Positions 1 through 9,952 of a DNA stretch of 64,000 bases are shown here, piece by piece. The notes under the pieces were generated by a model. It had not been told where the DNA came from, ran no database searches, and saw only the letters and a program-made list of their open reading frames with translations. A program made the translations under genes and the position numbers. How positions within the stretch are numbered: position 1 is the stretch's first letter; each line of letters starts with the position of its first letter. Source of the DNA: an uncultured Bdellovibrionales bacterium (GTDB lineage: Bacteria; Patescibacteriota; Minisyncoccia; Moranbacterales; GWC2-37-73); the NCBI GenBank assembly GCA_964484505.1, contig CAZAFB010000005.1, forward strand, positions 7,427 through 71,426, read 5' to 3'.

Positions 1-251
1 TCCGAAATCGCAGCTCAGCATCCGGAAACTTTCAAGAAATTCATGGAAACCGTAAAATAGTTTCCCCAGGCAACCAAAAACAAAGGTCCGACATCTTTTA
101 TGGAAGTCGGACCTCTTTGTATCTAAAAAAATTGGCTATTTGCTTCTACTCATAAACTCACGAAAAAGTTTTTTAAAGGCAAATATGGGAAGCCAGATCC
201 AAAGAGTCTTGCGAATCACCTTTTCCCCCATCTTATGAATATCCATATGCT

Positions 252-971
252 TCAAACAAGATTAAGATTTATACATTGTGTCATTTCATAAACAACGTCT
301 TTTTTCTCCACCACGATGCGCCAACCTCTTTCCTGGGCAATTTTCTTGAGATTTTCGTTAGGATTTAGTGCGATCGGATTTTCCACCAATTCCAAAAATT
401 TTACATCAGATTCCGTATCCCCGACGCCATAGGAATTTTCCATGGTCAGCTTGTGCTCAAAGGCAAATTGTTTGACAACAGCCCCTTTATCCTTAGTCGG
501 CTCAAAAACAGTGTTTCCGGTATATATGCCGCGCTCATCAGTTTCATATACGCTACCGTAAGCCGCATCAAAATGCAAGTGTTTGTCGTTGAATTCACGG
601 ACAATTTCAATAGGAGAACCAGAAATCGCGATGATATGATATTCTTCTTTTCTAAATTTTTCAATCAACTGTTCGGCAAAAACATACGTCCTGTCCCTGT
701 GAAACGCCACGACCATTTTGCTCGCATGTTCAACATCACGCACATTGCAACCCTTTAGGTATTTTTCATACAATTCAACAAGAGCCAAACGATACGCTTC
801 ATATGTGCCCTTATGATCAAGCCATGCTGTGTACAGATCAACGAGTTGATCGCGAACCTTGCGTGGAAAAACATTGAGCCAAGAAAGTTCATTAATAAGC
901 TCAAACGCCAAGTTCTTGCGAAAGATCGTGCCATCGATATCGAAAATTGCCAATTTGTTTTGCTTCGCCAT
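252..971 (-). CDS. HAD-superfamily hydrolase, subfamily IB (phosphoserine phosphatase-like)
   Basis: N-terminal FDIDGTI motif (DxDGT, HAD motif I); later GDTESD (motif IV-like); 239 aa; no signal peptide. Confidence 0.7.
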   Translation of the reverse strand: MAKQNKLAIFDIDGTIFRKNLAFELINELSWLNVFPRKVRDQLVDLYTAWLDHKGTYEAYRLALVELYEKYLKGCNVRDVEHASKMVVAFHRDRTYVFAEQLIEKFRKEEYHIIAISGSPIEIVREFNDKHLHFDAAYGSVYETDERGIYTGNTVFEPTKDKGAVVKQFAFEHKLTMENSYGVGDTESDVKFLELVENPIALNPNENLKKIAQERGWRIVVEKKDVVYEMTQCINLNLV

Positions 972-998
972 AAATAAATAGGAATTTTTTTATTTTAA

Positions 999-1111
999 GA
1001 CTTACACGTTTGTCTGAAACAAAGAAATGGGTCTCTGCGCTTCATTGCATAAATGTTAATAGACAAAGCGCATAGGGGCCCATTTAGACTTGAAGACAAA
1101 ATGCGTAAGTC
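999..1111. repeat. Structured intergenic repeat, copy 1 (outer stem gacttacacgtttgtc / gacaaaatgcgtaagtc; inner stem aaatgggtc / ggcccattt)
   Basis: Nested inverted repeats; homologous to 37421-37526 and degenerate copy at 40021-40120; lies between SpoU stop and HAD start. Confidence 0.55.
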
Positions 1112-1113
1112 TC

Positions 1114-1620
1114 CTATATAACCTCGCCAATCCTATTATACAGCTCATATCCTGCAACTCCAAGAGCGACAGCAACATTGAGAGAATTTTTTGTGCCACG
1201 CATGGGAATTTCAATTATCGCATCACACGCGTCAACAACTTCTTTTTCCATGCCAACAGGTTCATTGCCAAGAATAAGCGCTACGGATTTTCGAGGAATA
1301 TAATTTTTGTAATCTATACTCCTATCATCTTGTTCAAGCGCAACTATTTCAAAATTTCTATCTTTTAATTCCCTTATCAATTCCGATATATTTTCTTTCT
1401 TCTCCCAAGCCAAATTCTTTTCAGCTCCAAGTGCTGTCTTGGCAATCATTTTTTGAGCACTGGTTTGTAGAATTTTTTTCCCGTCATGCGGTGAAGGTGT
1501 ATATCCTGTCAGGTACAATTTTTTCGCGCCCATTCCGTCAGCGGTACGAAAAATAGAGCCTACATTGTAGGCACTTCTGATATTATGAGCTATTATGTGT
1601 AATTTCTTTCCTGCGCTCAT
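1114..1620 (-). CDS. SpoU/TrmH-family (SPOUT) RNA 2'-O-methyltransferase
   Basis: Motifs NVGSIFRTADGMG, ILGNEPVGM, IPMRGTKNSLNVAVALGV typical of the SpoU methylase domain. Confidence 0.8.
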   Translation of the reverse strand: MSAGKKLHIIAHNIRSAYNVGSIFRTADGMGAKKLYLTGYTPSPHDGKKILQTSAQKMIAKTALGAEKNLAWEKKENISELIRELKDRNFEIVALEQDDRSIDYKNYIPRKSVALILGNEPVGMEKEVVDACDAIIEIPMRGTKNSLNVAVALGVAGYELYNRIGEVI

Positions 1621-1636
1621 GGTAACATACTTATTT

Positions 1637-3004
1637 TCATGATTTTTTAGCCCTTTTAAGCTTTAGCGTGAAATGCGAACCGACACCTTCGATACTTTCT
1701 ACATTAATGTCACCTCCCATCTTACGCGCAAGTTCGCGGGAAATCCAAAGTCCCAAACCGGTACCGGAGATTCTACTGGTTTGATCAGTCTTGATGCGAT
1801 AAAATTTTTCAAAAAGATGCGCTACTTGCTCGGCAGACATGCCCAAACCGGAATCAGCTACAGTAAAATATACGAATTCATCATCGCTCTTACCCATGAG
1901 TTCAATTGTTCCTTTGGGCGTATATTTTATCGCATTACTTATGAGATTTATCGCGATTTGCCTCACCCGATCGGAATCAGCAAAAACAATTGGTAATTCC
2001 GGAAGCGACAGCTTAAGTTCCAAGCCTTTTTCCCTGACCAAAACTTGATGTTGCTCAGCAGCAGCTAAAGCGATATCTTTCACGGATATTTCACTAACAT
2101 TGATTGGAATTCTGTTTTGTTGTAGACGTGAGACCTCAAGTAAATCTTCTACCAATTCTCGCAGCCGTTTTGTAGAACTTCCTATCTGCTGAACATAATG
2201 CCCGATCTCTTCTTTTTTGTTTTCAGTCATTTCCTTTTCACTTAGGTCATCTTCCAATAATTCGACGTATCCTTGCATAGCTGTAAGCGGACTTTTTAGT
2301 TCATGACTGGCCATTGAAATAAAATCATCCTTCATGTGGTCAATTTCCTCAAGCTTAGTAGCCTTAATAGCGTATTTGAGAGTTCGAATATGATTGGCAA
2401 CCAAAAGCAAAACAACAAGAAGCGACAAAAGCGTCACCACATAAACTTTAGAAATTGCATCCTTAACGAATCTATCGTGAGCATCCAGCGACATTTGAAA
2501 AAGCAGGATTCCAACTTTTTTGCCATTTTTATCCTTAATTGACTTGCCAATATTCCAAAATCTGCCATTATCATCACTACCCAAATATGCCAAGGGTTTT
2601 TCCGCGTTCCAAATAAGAGACATGGCCATATTATTGCTTTTAGCCCCTATATCCTCAGATCTATTTGAGGCAGCAATCGCGTAAGTTCCATCTTCCTGAG
2701 TAGGCTTAAGAAAAACTATCGATTTCACTTCACTGTCTTTTTCAGATATTGATTTGAATTTTTCACTCACGCCAGCTATTTGCGCTTCATCCTCCGCCTC
2801 CTCCGATACTATTATTTGAGAAATATTACCACCAAGCAACCCTTTACTCTGCAATAATTGGTCTGTAACTCCTTGGAAATTATTGATGGCATAATAAGTG
2901 TTTCCAAAAAGAAGTGCCGTTATAACCACGATCAAAACCAGCGAATAAATAATTGCCGGATTTTTACGGATAAATTGAAAAGCGTTATTGATGATGTGCT
3001 TCAT
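1637..3004 (-). CDS. Sensor histidine kinase (membrane-bound, HisKA + HATPase_c)
   Basis: H-box SHELKSPLTAMQGY; N box NLISNAIKYT; G boxes DSGLGM and GTGLGLWIS; N-terminal transmembrane segment; no response regulator in window. Confidence 0.85.
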   Translation of the reverse strand: MKHIINNAFQFIRKNPAIIYSLVLIVVITALLFGNTYYAINNFQGVTDQLLQSKGLLGGNISQIIVSEEAEDEAQIAGVSEKFKSISEKDSEVKSIVFLKPTQEDGTYAIAASNRSEDIGAKSNNMAMSLIWNAEKPLAYLGSDDNGRFWNIGKSIKDKNGKKVGILLFQMSLDAHDRFVKDAISKVYVVTLLSLLVVLLLVANHIRTLKYAIKATKLEEIDHMKDDFISMASHELKSPLTAMQGYVELLEDDLSEKEMTENKKEEIGHYVQQIGSSTKRLRELVEDLLEVSRLQQNRIPINVSEISVKDIALAAAEQHQVLVREKGLELKLSLPELPIVFADSDRVRQIAINLISNAIKYTPKGTIELMGKSDDEFVYFTVADSGLGMSAEQVAHLFEKFYRIKTDQTSRISGTGLGLWISRELARKMGGDINVESIEGVGSHFTLKLKRAKKS

Positions 3005-4505
3005 CTTTTTGGTGACGATATGAGACTATGCCGATGAGCAGCAGTGCAACGCTTAGAAATACCGCCATAATAATAAGAGCTATTGAAAGATAAGCATTTT
3101 TTTTCTGTATCATTGGCGGAGCTGCTTTGCCAGAGATATTATCTCCCGTTGAAGCGACAACTGTTGCAGCCTGAGCGGTCTTAATAAAGCTAAGTGGTTG
3201 GCTCTTGGCTGTTATCTTTCCTGTGTTGTCAGTTACTGCAACATACACTTGATGTTCCCCGTCTTCCAAATTCTTGTCCAAATCATAGGACCAATTGCCA
3301 TCTGCGTCAGTTTTTACGGTAATTACAATCGGTGAATCACTATATACGTACAAGGTAACAAACATATTTGGCAACGCTTTTCCGTTGATACGCAAAGTCT
3401 TTTGCGATTGAACATCTTTCGATTGATCAGAATCGATAAATGAAACATTCTCCACCATGTAACGCCCATCCACTTCGCCGATTTCTTTCGGACTTTGAAA
3501 AACCACCTTATCCTCTTTGTTGCCATAAGATGATTTAAGCGGATTATATCCGGATTTCATTTCATCCCCATCAAGATAACCGTCCTGGTCAGAATCTGGA
3601 TTGTAAGGGTCAGTTCCCAAACGTTTTTCCTCATCATCGGATATTCCATCACCATCACTGTCTGCCGGAGCATTGTCGGCTGGCGCTTGTATCGATGCTC
3701 TTAAAGAATTTGCCGGCAAGGAAATTACAAAATGCACAGGGTTTGTTTCCAATGTTCCACCGCTATTCAAATAGGCGCGTGCAATCAACTCATAGTCACC
3801 ATTTGGCAAGTTGCTTGCAGGAAAGCTCAGCTTCCAAATTCCATCCTGTGCATAAACCGCCTTTTTGAGATATTTGGTTGCATCAGATCCTGCATTGGTC
3901 TGGCGATAAAAAAACTCTACCGATGTCGACCCTACTGCACGCACAGAAAACTGCACATTATCCCCGGTATATTTAGTGCTTTCAGTTGGTTCGATTATCA
4001 CGGGAGGAATATATTTAACCGTGTTTTGAGTGGTTGTTGAAACAGACGACGGATTGTTACTGCCAGAAACAGCGGTATTTGTCGCTATCGGAGTTGTCGT
4101 TGTTTGAACGATAGGGTTAAGTGTCGTATTGGCGGCAGAAGTAGTTGGGGTTGTTGTTGAAGTAGTTGTGCCCGTCACAGTACTACTGGCGGCAGCACTA
4201 TCATATGTAGTTGGTTTTATTGTTGTGGTAGTTGTCTGAACAGAGGTATTTGTACTTACTGGAGCGGCAGTTGGTAATGAAGTGGTCGTTGTAACAGGAG
4301 CCGTAACAGTACTGCCAGAAGTTGTATTTATTGTAGTAATTGGAAGAGTCTGCGCATCAACAAGATTAGCCATAATGTTCCGAATGAAGCGCTTGTCATC
4401 AAGCATAAGAAAACCTTCGTTTTTTGCGCTTAAATAACCACCTATCGCTATAGCCCCAAGAGAAATAAAAATCAGGATCAAGGGTATTATTTTTCTTTTA
4501 TCCAT
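2985..4505 (-). CDS. Membrane-anchored surface protein with Thr/Ser-rich linker, thrombospondin type 3-like Ca-binding repeats and Ig-like domain
   Basis: N-terminal TM segment; ~120 aa T/S-rich tract; DSDGDGISDDEE...DPYNPDSDQDGYLDGDE (DxDxDG repeats); C-terminal hydrophobic anchor; overlaps histidine-kinase start by 20 nt. Confidence 0.6.
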   Translation of the reverse strand: MDKRKIIPLILIFISLGAIAIGGYLSAKNEGFLMLDDKRFIRNIMANLVDAQTLPITTINTTSGSTVTAPVTTTTSLPTAAPVSTNTSVQTTTTTIKPTTYDSAAASSTVTGTTTSTTTPTTSAANTTLNPIVQTTTTPIATNTAVSGSNNPSSVSTTTQNTVKYIPPVIIEPTESTKYTGDNVQFSVRAVGSTSVEFFYRQTNAGSDATKYLKKAVYAQDGIWKLSFPASNLPNGDYELIARAYLNSGGTLETNPVHFVISLPANSLRASIQAPADNAPADSDGDGISDDEEKRLGTDPYNPDSDQDGYLDGDEMKSGYNPLKSSYGNKEDKVVFQSPKEIGEVDGRYMVENVSFIDSDQSKDVQSQKTLRINGKALPNMFVTLYVYSDSPIVITVKTDADGNWSYDLDKNLEDGEHQVYVAVTDNTGKITAKSQPLSFIKTAQAATVVASTGDNISGKAAPPMIQKKNAYLSIALIIMAVFLSVALLLIGIVSYRHQKDEAHHQ

Positions 4506-4569
4506 TTTGTTTTACATTTAGTTATCAATAAATAAATTTTACCATAAAAAAGCCTTCAACATAATCAAA

Positions 4570-5706
4570 TCAACCGTGAATTACCACCGGCGTACCTATT
4601 TGAGCCCATTCATAAACTCTTTTTGCTGAACCAACCCCTAATCTGACACATCCGTGAGATACGGGAGTCCCCAGATGATTTGCTCCTTCTTTATATCCTC
4701 CGGGCCATTCAGGAAGTTCGTGAATGCCAAATTCCCCACTGGGAACCAAAGCCATCCAATATGGCATAAACAAAGAATATTTTTTTGACCAAGGTTTTTC
4801 AGCCTTATTACAAATAGCAAAAGTTCCTTCTTCTGTTTCCATTCCTCTCTTACCAGATGAAATCAGATACGCATCAAGAGCTTTGCCATCTTCAAAAATC
4901 ACCATTATTTGCTGCTTAAGATTTATGTCAATGTATTTACCACTTGTCAATTGAGGTTTGGTGTTTTCCTTGGCTTGCTGCAATTTCACTTGAGGATCAC
5001 GGTCCCATTTTTCTGAAGGCAACGTCTTTTTCGTTTCAAAAAAAGTTTCATATATCTGTCTGTATTCCTGACTCGCTTGCTTGGAATATTTTACATATAC
5101 CTTGATAAAATATTTTTCGCCTTCCGCCAAATCAACACGTGGCATCAAACGAATTTGTTGCTTTTCTTCATCGCGTGAATAGGCCAAATTATTTGCCGGA
5201 TCAACAACGAACTTCACATCCCATTTTTTATTAAGATTTTCAAAATTGGCAACTATGGGATTTTCCATATCCAAAGAAACATCTTTTTCTTTATTCAAGG
5301 GAAAAAATGATTTTACGGAAGGGCCGGGAGCGGTTTCAAAAAAGAGATCTTTCGTTGAATTTGTCATATAGGCGCTTCTTCCTTTGAGACTTATCTTGTA
5401 GGAACTTCCATAAGTCCAGAGTGATATGGGGATTATCGTCAAGCGCTTATTTTTATCATTCCAAAAAAAATTTACATCAGCTTTGGGCTCAATATTTATC
5501 GATTTTTGCGTAATTTCAGTCAGCATTGGCTGTGAAAAAATTATTTCCACAGCATCATCAGGATTTAAACTCCTGTCCTTCACTAAAAAAACATCTGCCG
5601 CAAAAATTTCCTGATATTTCAAAAAACAAAAAACACCACCTGCGATAATCGGAATAAGCAAGGCAATCAAAAAAATAATTTTTTTTCTTTTTCCAAAATA
5701 ATGCAT
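4570..5706 (-). CDS. L,D-transpeptidase (YkuD family) with N-terminal membrane anchor
   Basis: C-terminal catalytic motif SHGCVRL; N-terminal TM segment. Confidence 0.8.
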   Translation of the reverse strand: MHYFGKRKKIIFLIALLIPIIAGGVFCFLKYQEIFAADVFLVKDRSLNPDDAVEIIFSQPMLTEITQKSINIEPKADVNFFWNDKNKRLTIIPISLWTYGSSYKISLKGRSAYMTNSTKDLFFETAPGPSVKSFFPLNKEKDVSLDMENPIVANFENLNKKWDVKFVVDPANNLAYSRDEEKQQIRLMPRVDLAEGEKYFIKVYVKYSKQASQEYRQIYETFFETKKTLPSEKWDRDPQVKLQQAKENTKPQLTSGKYIDINLKQQIMVIFEDGKALDAYLISSGKRGMETEEGTFAICNKAEKPWSKKYSLFMPYWMALVPSGEFGIHELPEWPGGYKEGANHLGTPVSHGCVRLGVGSAKRVYEWAQIGTPVVIHG

Positions 5707-5707
5707 C

Positions 5708-6766
5708 CTATTTTATTTCATTTTCCGCAAACAACTCGCGCGCCTTATTCCAAACCGAATAATCTCCTTTTTCTTCAGCGAGCCAATACCACCATTCAAC
5801 GCCCCAGATATATATTTTTTCCATGTCAGTCTTTTTGGCAAAAGATACGTTGTCTGCCAAAATATTCGCATTCATTGATTCCAATTGTAATTCAAGCGGT
5901 GCATCCGTGGTCCAACCCTGCACCCACGGTTCTCCCTGTAATTCTATCACCATAGCGTTTTTTTGGTCGGCAAAAATCCTTATGAGTAGACGCTTCAATT
6001 TGAAAAAGTTTGGACCTATCGGATAGCGCCAATGTCCCAGAGGTTTTCCTAAAAATTCACGTGAGCTATATACTTCACGGTACATCGTCGTGCCAAAAAC
6101 ATCGGCCCGCTGCGCAGCTTGCAACCACAAACTAAGTTCGCCACTGTCTGTAACCACGATTTTTCTCGAAGGGTCGATTTTTCTTGCTTGAGCAATTTCC
6201 GCATCTACTTGTGCAGCAGGAATGGTTCCACAAATACCGAAATTTAAAAATGGTTCATTTTCAATTTGCCAACTTATAACTTCAGGATGATTGTCCTTAT
6301 AGCGATTTATGACTACATTTTCAAAATTAAGCAAAGCTTCTTTTTTCACATCATCATCTGTGCTGACCCACTCAGGCACAAAACACTCCGGCCAACGTGG
6401 AACCTTCTCTCCCACAACCAAAATCACTTTGGCATCACGCTTAGCAGCCTCTTGCAGTTGCCAATCAAGATCATCGAATAAATAAGTCCCTTTTTCTTTC
6501 TCAACTAAATCCCAATATATAGGAATGCGAATATTTTTCACTTTCAAATCATCGAGCATTGCCACATAAGCCTGTTTCCAGTCTAGACCGATATCCGAAG
6601 CGTAGCGTGCTGAAAAGGTTACCCCAAGAGGGACGGCCTTGCTGATTTCACTCATTGGTAAATTAATATAAACAAAAAACAAAACCAGCAAGAAAAATAA
6701 TGAAAACAAGGTCCAGCCGATTTTTTTCAATACCTTTTGCCTTTTTTCTGTTTCTATTTTTTTCAT
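5708..6766 (-). CDS. Glycoside hydrolase, GH5/GH113-like TIM-barrel (cellulase/mannanase-type), membrane-anchored
   Basis: WQIENEPF (NEP acid/base motif of GH5 clan A); later ELQGEPW candidate nucleophile; N-terminal TM segment; 2-nt gap to downstream L,D-transpeptidase. Confidence 0.5.
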   Translation of the reverse strand: MKKIETEKRQKVLKKIGWTLFSLFFLLVLFFVYINLPMSEISKAVPLGVTFSARYASDIGLDWKQAYVAMLDDLKVKNIRIPIYWDLVEKEKGTYLFDDLDWQLQEAAKRDAKVILVVGEKVPRWPECFVPEWVSTDDDVKKEALLNFENVVINRYKDNHPEVISWQIENEPFLNFGICGTIPAAQVDAEIAQARKIDPSRKIVVTDSGELSLWLQAAQRADVFGTTMYREVYSSREFLGKPLGHWRYPIGPNFFKLKRLLIRIFADQKNAMVIELQGEPWVQGWTTDAPLELQLESMNANILADNVSFAKKTDMEKIYIWGVEWWYWLAEEKGDYSVWNKARELFAENEIK

Positions 6767-7716
6767 AACTGACTGAATCTACCTGTGGTTAATATTCCGG
6801 AAACCAAATAAATACCGACAGCGATAATTGCTATTGCCAAAAAACGCTGCAGCCAATCATTAAAGGAGAGTTTTTCATCAAATATTTTTGGATATTTAAG
6901 GGAGGCAAAAAAAGCTAAAATAACCACGAAAACATATTGCACAGAGGTCAGCGAATTTACCAACGTCGCGCTACCCAGAGATATGGCGTAGTTAAACATC
7001 AGAGAACTTGTCCCCCCGATTATTTTGTTGGATATAAATAAGGCGCCCGTCTTGTAATTTTCTTTGCGCGCTTTTTTCATTCCCTTGAAGCTACCGATTA
7101 TTTCCTTGCGCCATTTCGGAACGAACAAAATTACAAACAGAACTAAAAAGGATCCTACCCTGGTCCAGAAAAAACCATTAAAAAATGTCTGCTCCGCATA
7201 TACCAATTTGAAAATTGCATAAGCTCCGGAAAGCAGCAGTGCGGAAAGAAGACAATGATAGAATCCGGAAAAGAACTTTTTTTTATTTATCTTGAGAGGA
7301 AGATCAAAAGAAAGGAGCAATCCCCCAAAAACCAGCATAAGCATTCCCGCGAGTTCGGTTTTATTGAGTACTTCATTGGACACAAAGAAGGAGAAAATAT
7401 ACGTACCCACCGGAGTCATTGCACCGATTACCGGAATAACTCTACTGGCTTGCGATTGACGAATAGCAAAATACAAAGACATTATGCCGAAACTAAACAA
7501 TAGCCCTGAAACAAAGCTTATGATTAACTGATAGAAAGATGGGGGCGTCAACTCTATAAAAGGCAAAAAAATAGCCGAGCCCAAGCCCAAAAGAGTAACA
7601 TAAAAAGTATAAACTGCCGGCGAGGAAATCCTTTTTGAACCCAGCAAAAACTTATCCAAAATATTGGCAAATGCACCTAGGAAATAAGCTCCCGATGCAA
7701 TCAAAATCCAAGTCAT
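6763..7716 (-). CDS. Polytopic membrane protein (about 10 TM, DMT/EamA-like)
   Basis: Hydrophobicity pattern only; 4-nt overlap with GH5-like gene suggests an operon. Confidence 0.4.
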   Translation of the reverse strand: MTWILIASGAYFLGAFANILDKFLLGSKRISSPAVYTFYVTLLGLGSAIFLPFIELTPPSFYQLIISFVSGLLFSFGIMSLYFAIRQSQASRVIPVIGAMTPVGTYIFSFFVSNEVLNKTELAGMLMLVFGGLLLSFDLPLKINKKKFFSGFYHCLLSALLLSGAYAIFKLVYAEQTFFNGFFWTRVGSFLVLFVILFVPKWRKEIIGSFKGMKKARKENYKTGALFISNKIIGGTSSLMFNYAISLGSATLVNSLTSVQYVFVVILAFFASLKYPKIFDEKLSFNDWLQRFLAIAIIAVGIYLVSGILTTGRFSQL

Positions 7717-7824
7717 ATGTTTTTGTTTTCATTACAATACAATTGTACAACATAAACCAAAGTGTAGAAAGCCGCAAAAAACAAAAGAGGCCTTTAAAGA
7801 CCTCTTTTGTAATATTCAACTTTT

Positions 7825-8559
7825 TTATCCTTCATGATTCATCAATCTGTTGAAATACAAATCGACATCACTGACCCACTTGCGAACCGCTTGCGGATCA
7901 TGTCCCGCACAACTGGAACCACATTTCCAAACGACCATACGCGAAGGGGTGTTTAAATTTTTGTCCACTAATTCGCCTATACGGCCGCCTATCGCATCCA
8001 CAGCTTCTTCAGGATCAGCAAAGCAGCCATATCCCATTGCGGTGCCGAGACTTCCGGCACCCTTATACCCCCAATAGTTATAGCAAGTCATCCCGTTCTT
8101 AGACGGAGCAGCCTTGCCCCAATCGCTTTCTTTTTTGGCGATACCAATGATCAGCGCAGCAACGCGCTTATCTTTTTCAGCTATGAAAGGAACCATTTCC
8201 TTGATTGGCGCATTGCCAACCACATCATAAAGTTCCTGTTCAAACCCGTCCTCATTTGCACTGGATGCATCTTTCGGATCTTCGTTTTTTTCAAAACACT
8301 GACCGTCCTCCTGCTCTGACTTTGAGAAAACCTGCGCCTGAGCATTTTGGATCGAATCTTTTACAGAGGCCTTTTGGGCATCTATATTTTCAGCATATGC
8401 ATATACATATTGCTGCGGTTGCAAGCGATCGAGACGAAAAAAAGAACCCGCCATGACTGCCATGGCGATGGTCGCGATTAGGATCTTTTTTTGTTTCGCC
8501 CGACCTTCTTTTTGCTTCCAGTTAAGCAACCAATTCCCCCATTCAGGGCTTTTACCCAT
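7825..8559 (-). CDS. Membrane-anchored GH73-like (glucosaminidase/FlgJ-type) peptidoglycan hydrolase, paralog 1
   Basis: IAKKESDWGK (cf. GH73 ESGWG catalytic-Glu motif); CYNYWGYK (cf. NNLFGIK); MVVWKCG; four conserved Cys; N-terminal TM segment. Confidence 0.5.
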   Translation of the reverse strand: MGKSPEWGNWLLNWKQKEGRAKQKKILIATIAMAVMAGSFFRLDRLQPQQYVYAYAENIDAQKASVKDSIQNAQAQVFSKSEQEDGQCFEKNEDPKDASSANEDGFEQELYDVVGNAPIKEMVPFIAEKDKRVAALIIGIAKKESDWGKAAPSKNGMTCYNYWGYKGAGSLGTAMGYGCFADPEEAVDAIGGRIGELVDKNLNTPSRMVVWKCGSSCAGHDPQAVRKWVSDVDLYFNRLMNHEG

Positions 8560-8783
8560 ACGGTAATGTTACTTCTTACTATCCCCCAGCGTGTCTGCCT
8601 AAAATCCATAGGTACTTTCGGACACGCATTCCAGGGTACCATCAGTACAAGTTGTGGTCAACGAAGTTATCCACATGCTTAAAAATATTTCTGGTAATTT
8701 TTGGCTTCAAAAAGCCATTTATCATTTTTATCCACAAAAAAATGGCTCAATAGAGCCAAATTTTAAATTTATCGCCAAATGTT

Positions 8784-9851
8784 TCAGTCTGCCATTTTCT
8801 TGATGTACATATCCACATCGTTAATCCATTTGTTGGCAGCAGCTCTGCCTCCCGTCGCATTGCAATCGCGACCACATTTCCAAACCACCATTTCCGAAGG
8901 CGTATCAATATTTTCTTCTTTTATAAGAGTACTTAAGCGTTTAGCAACAGTATCGACAGCGTCTTTCTTACTATTGAAACAGGTATGTCCGCCTGTACCC
9001 ATCAAATTGCGCTGAGCGCGATATCCCCAAAGATTATTACAATCTTGTCCTTCTAAAGTTGGTACTCTTTTCCCCCAGTTGCTTTCTTTTTTGGCAATAG
9101 CGATCAGATAGGTAGCGACTTTGCGGTCTTTGGCAAAGATATAAGGAAGCATCTCCTCGATAGGATATCCCTTGACCATTTTGCGTACTTCCTGCTCAAA
9201 TTTGTCCTGATCGTTTATTTCATCAAATTGACTAAGCACTTTTTCCGCCTCCGTCATATTACTATAATCAGCGCTTGCCAAATCGGAATTATCCGTTTGT
9301 ATTTGCTGATGCGTTGCAGGTTCCGTTGCGATGTTTCCAGCAGCAGCACCCTGACCAAGATAACGATAAATCATAGTCATGGAAAACATTCCCAGCAATA
9401 TCGCGCCAACAATCGAAAGATTCCACAAGCGCACCAATGACAACTGTTGAACAAAACCTCTCATAGCGCCATCGACAGCTTCAGCGCTTTGTCTGGAGAT
9501 AGCATCAATTCTGCGCTCAAGAGAGCGAGCTAATATACCGACTGAAGATGGCTGGTATGATTTATATTCACGCACGATACGGCTGCTAAGACTATCCCAT
9601 TTTTTAATATCGCGATCCAGTTTAATGCCCTTGCTGATCCATTGGTATTCGCGTGGAGTAATATAGCGGCGAGAATCCTCTGTTATAAACTTTCCCGTAC
9701 GATACTTGTTTGATAAAAGTTGAGAAAAATTAATTTGTCTGTCTTTTTTTTCACGCAAATTCTCGTAAATTGCCAAGTCAAAATAAGGATCAACCCTTCG
9801 CGGCACCCTGCCGAAATCGATATTTATTTTTGTCTTTGTATTAAAATTCAT
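8784..9851 (-). CDS. Membrane-anchored GH73-like peptidoglycan hydrolase, paralog 2, with extra N-terminal cytoplasmic region
   Basis: IAKKESNWGK, DCNNLWGYR, GGHTCF, MVVWKCG, DVDMY motifs shared with 7825-8559 and 37620-38228; internal TM segment. Confidence 0.5.
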   Translation of the reverse strand: MNFNTKTKINIDFGRVPRRVDPYFDLAIYENLREKKDRQINFSQLLSNKYRTGKFITEDSRRYITPREYQWISKGIKLDRDIKKWDSLSSRIVREYKSYQPSSVGILARSLERRIDAISRQSAEAVDGAMRGFVQQLSLVRLWNLSIVGAILLGMFSMTMIYRYLGQGAAAGNIATEPATHQQIQTDNSDLASADYSNMTEAEKVLSQFDEINDQDKFEQEVRKMVKGYPIEEMLPYIFAKDRKVATYLIAIAKKESNWGKRVPTLEGQDCNNLWGYRAQRNLMGTGGHTCFNSKKDAVDTVAKRLSTLIKEENIDTPSEMVVWKCGRDCNATGGRAAANKWINDVDMYIKKMAD

Positions 9852-9952
9852 TTCTGACTATTTGAACTATTTTTTTACCATACCCCGCTGTCTGATTTGG
9901 GGTTTATTTTCTTGAATGCTTATGCTGCATTAAGAATTTCAGCCCTTGGTGA

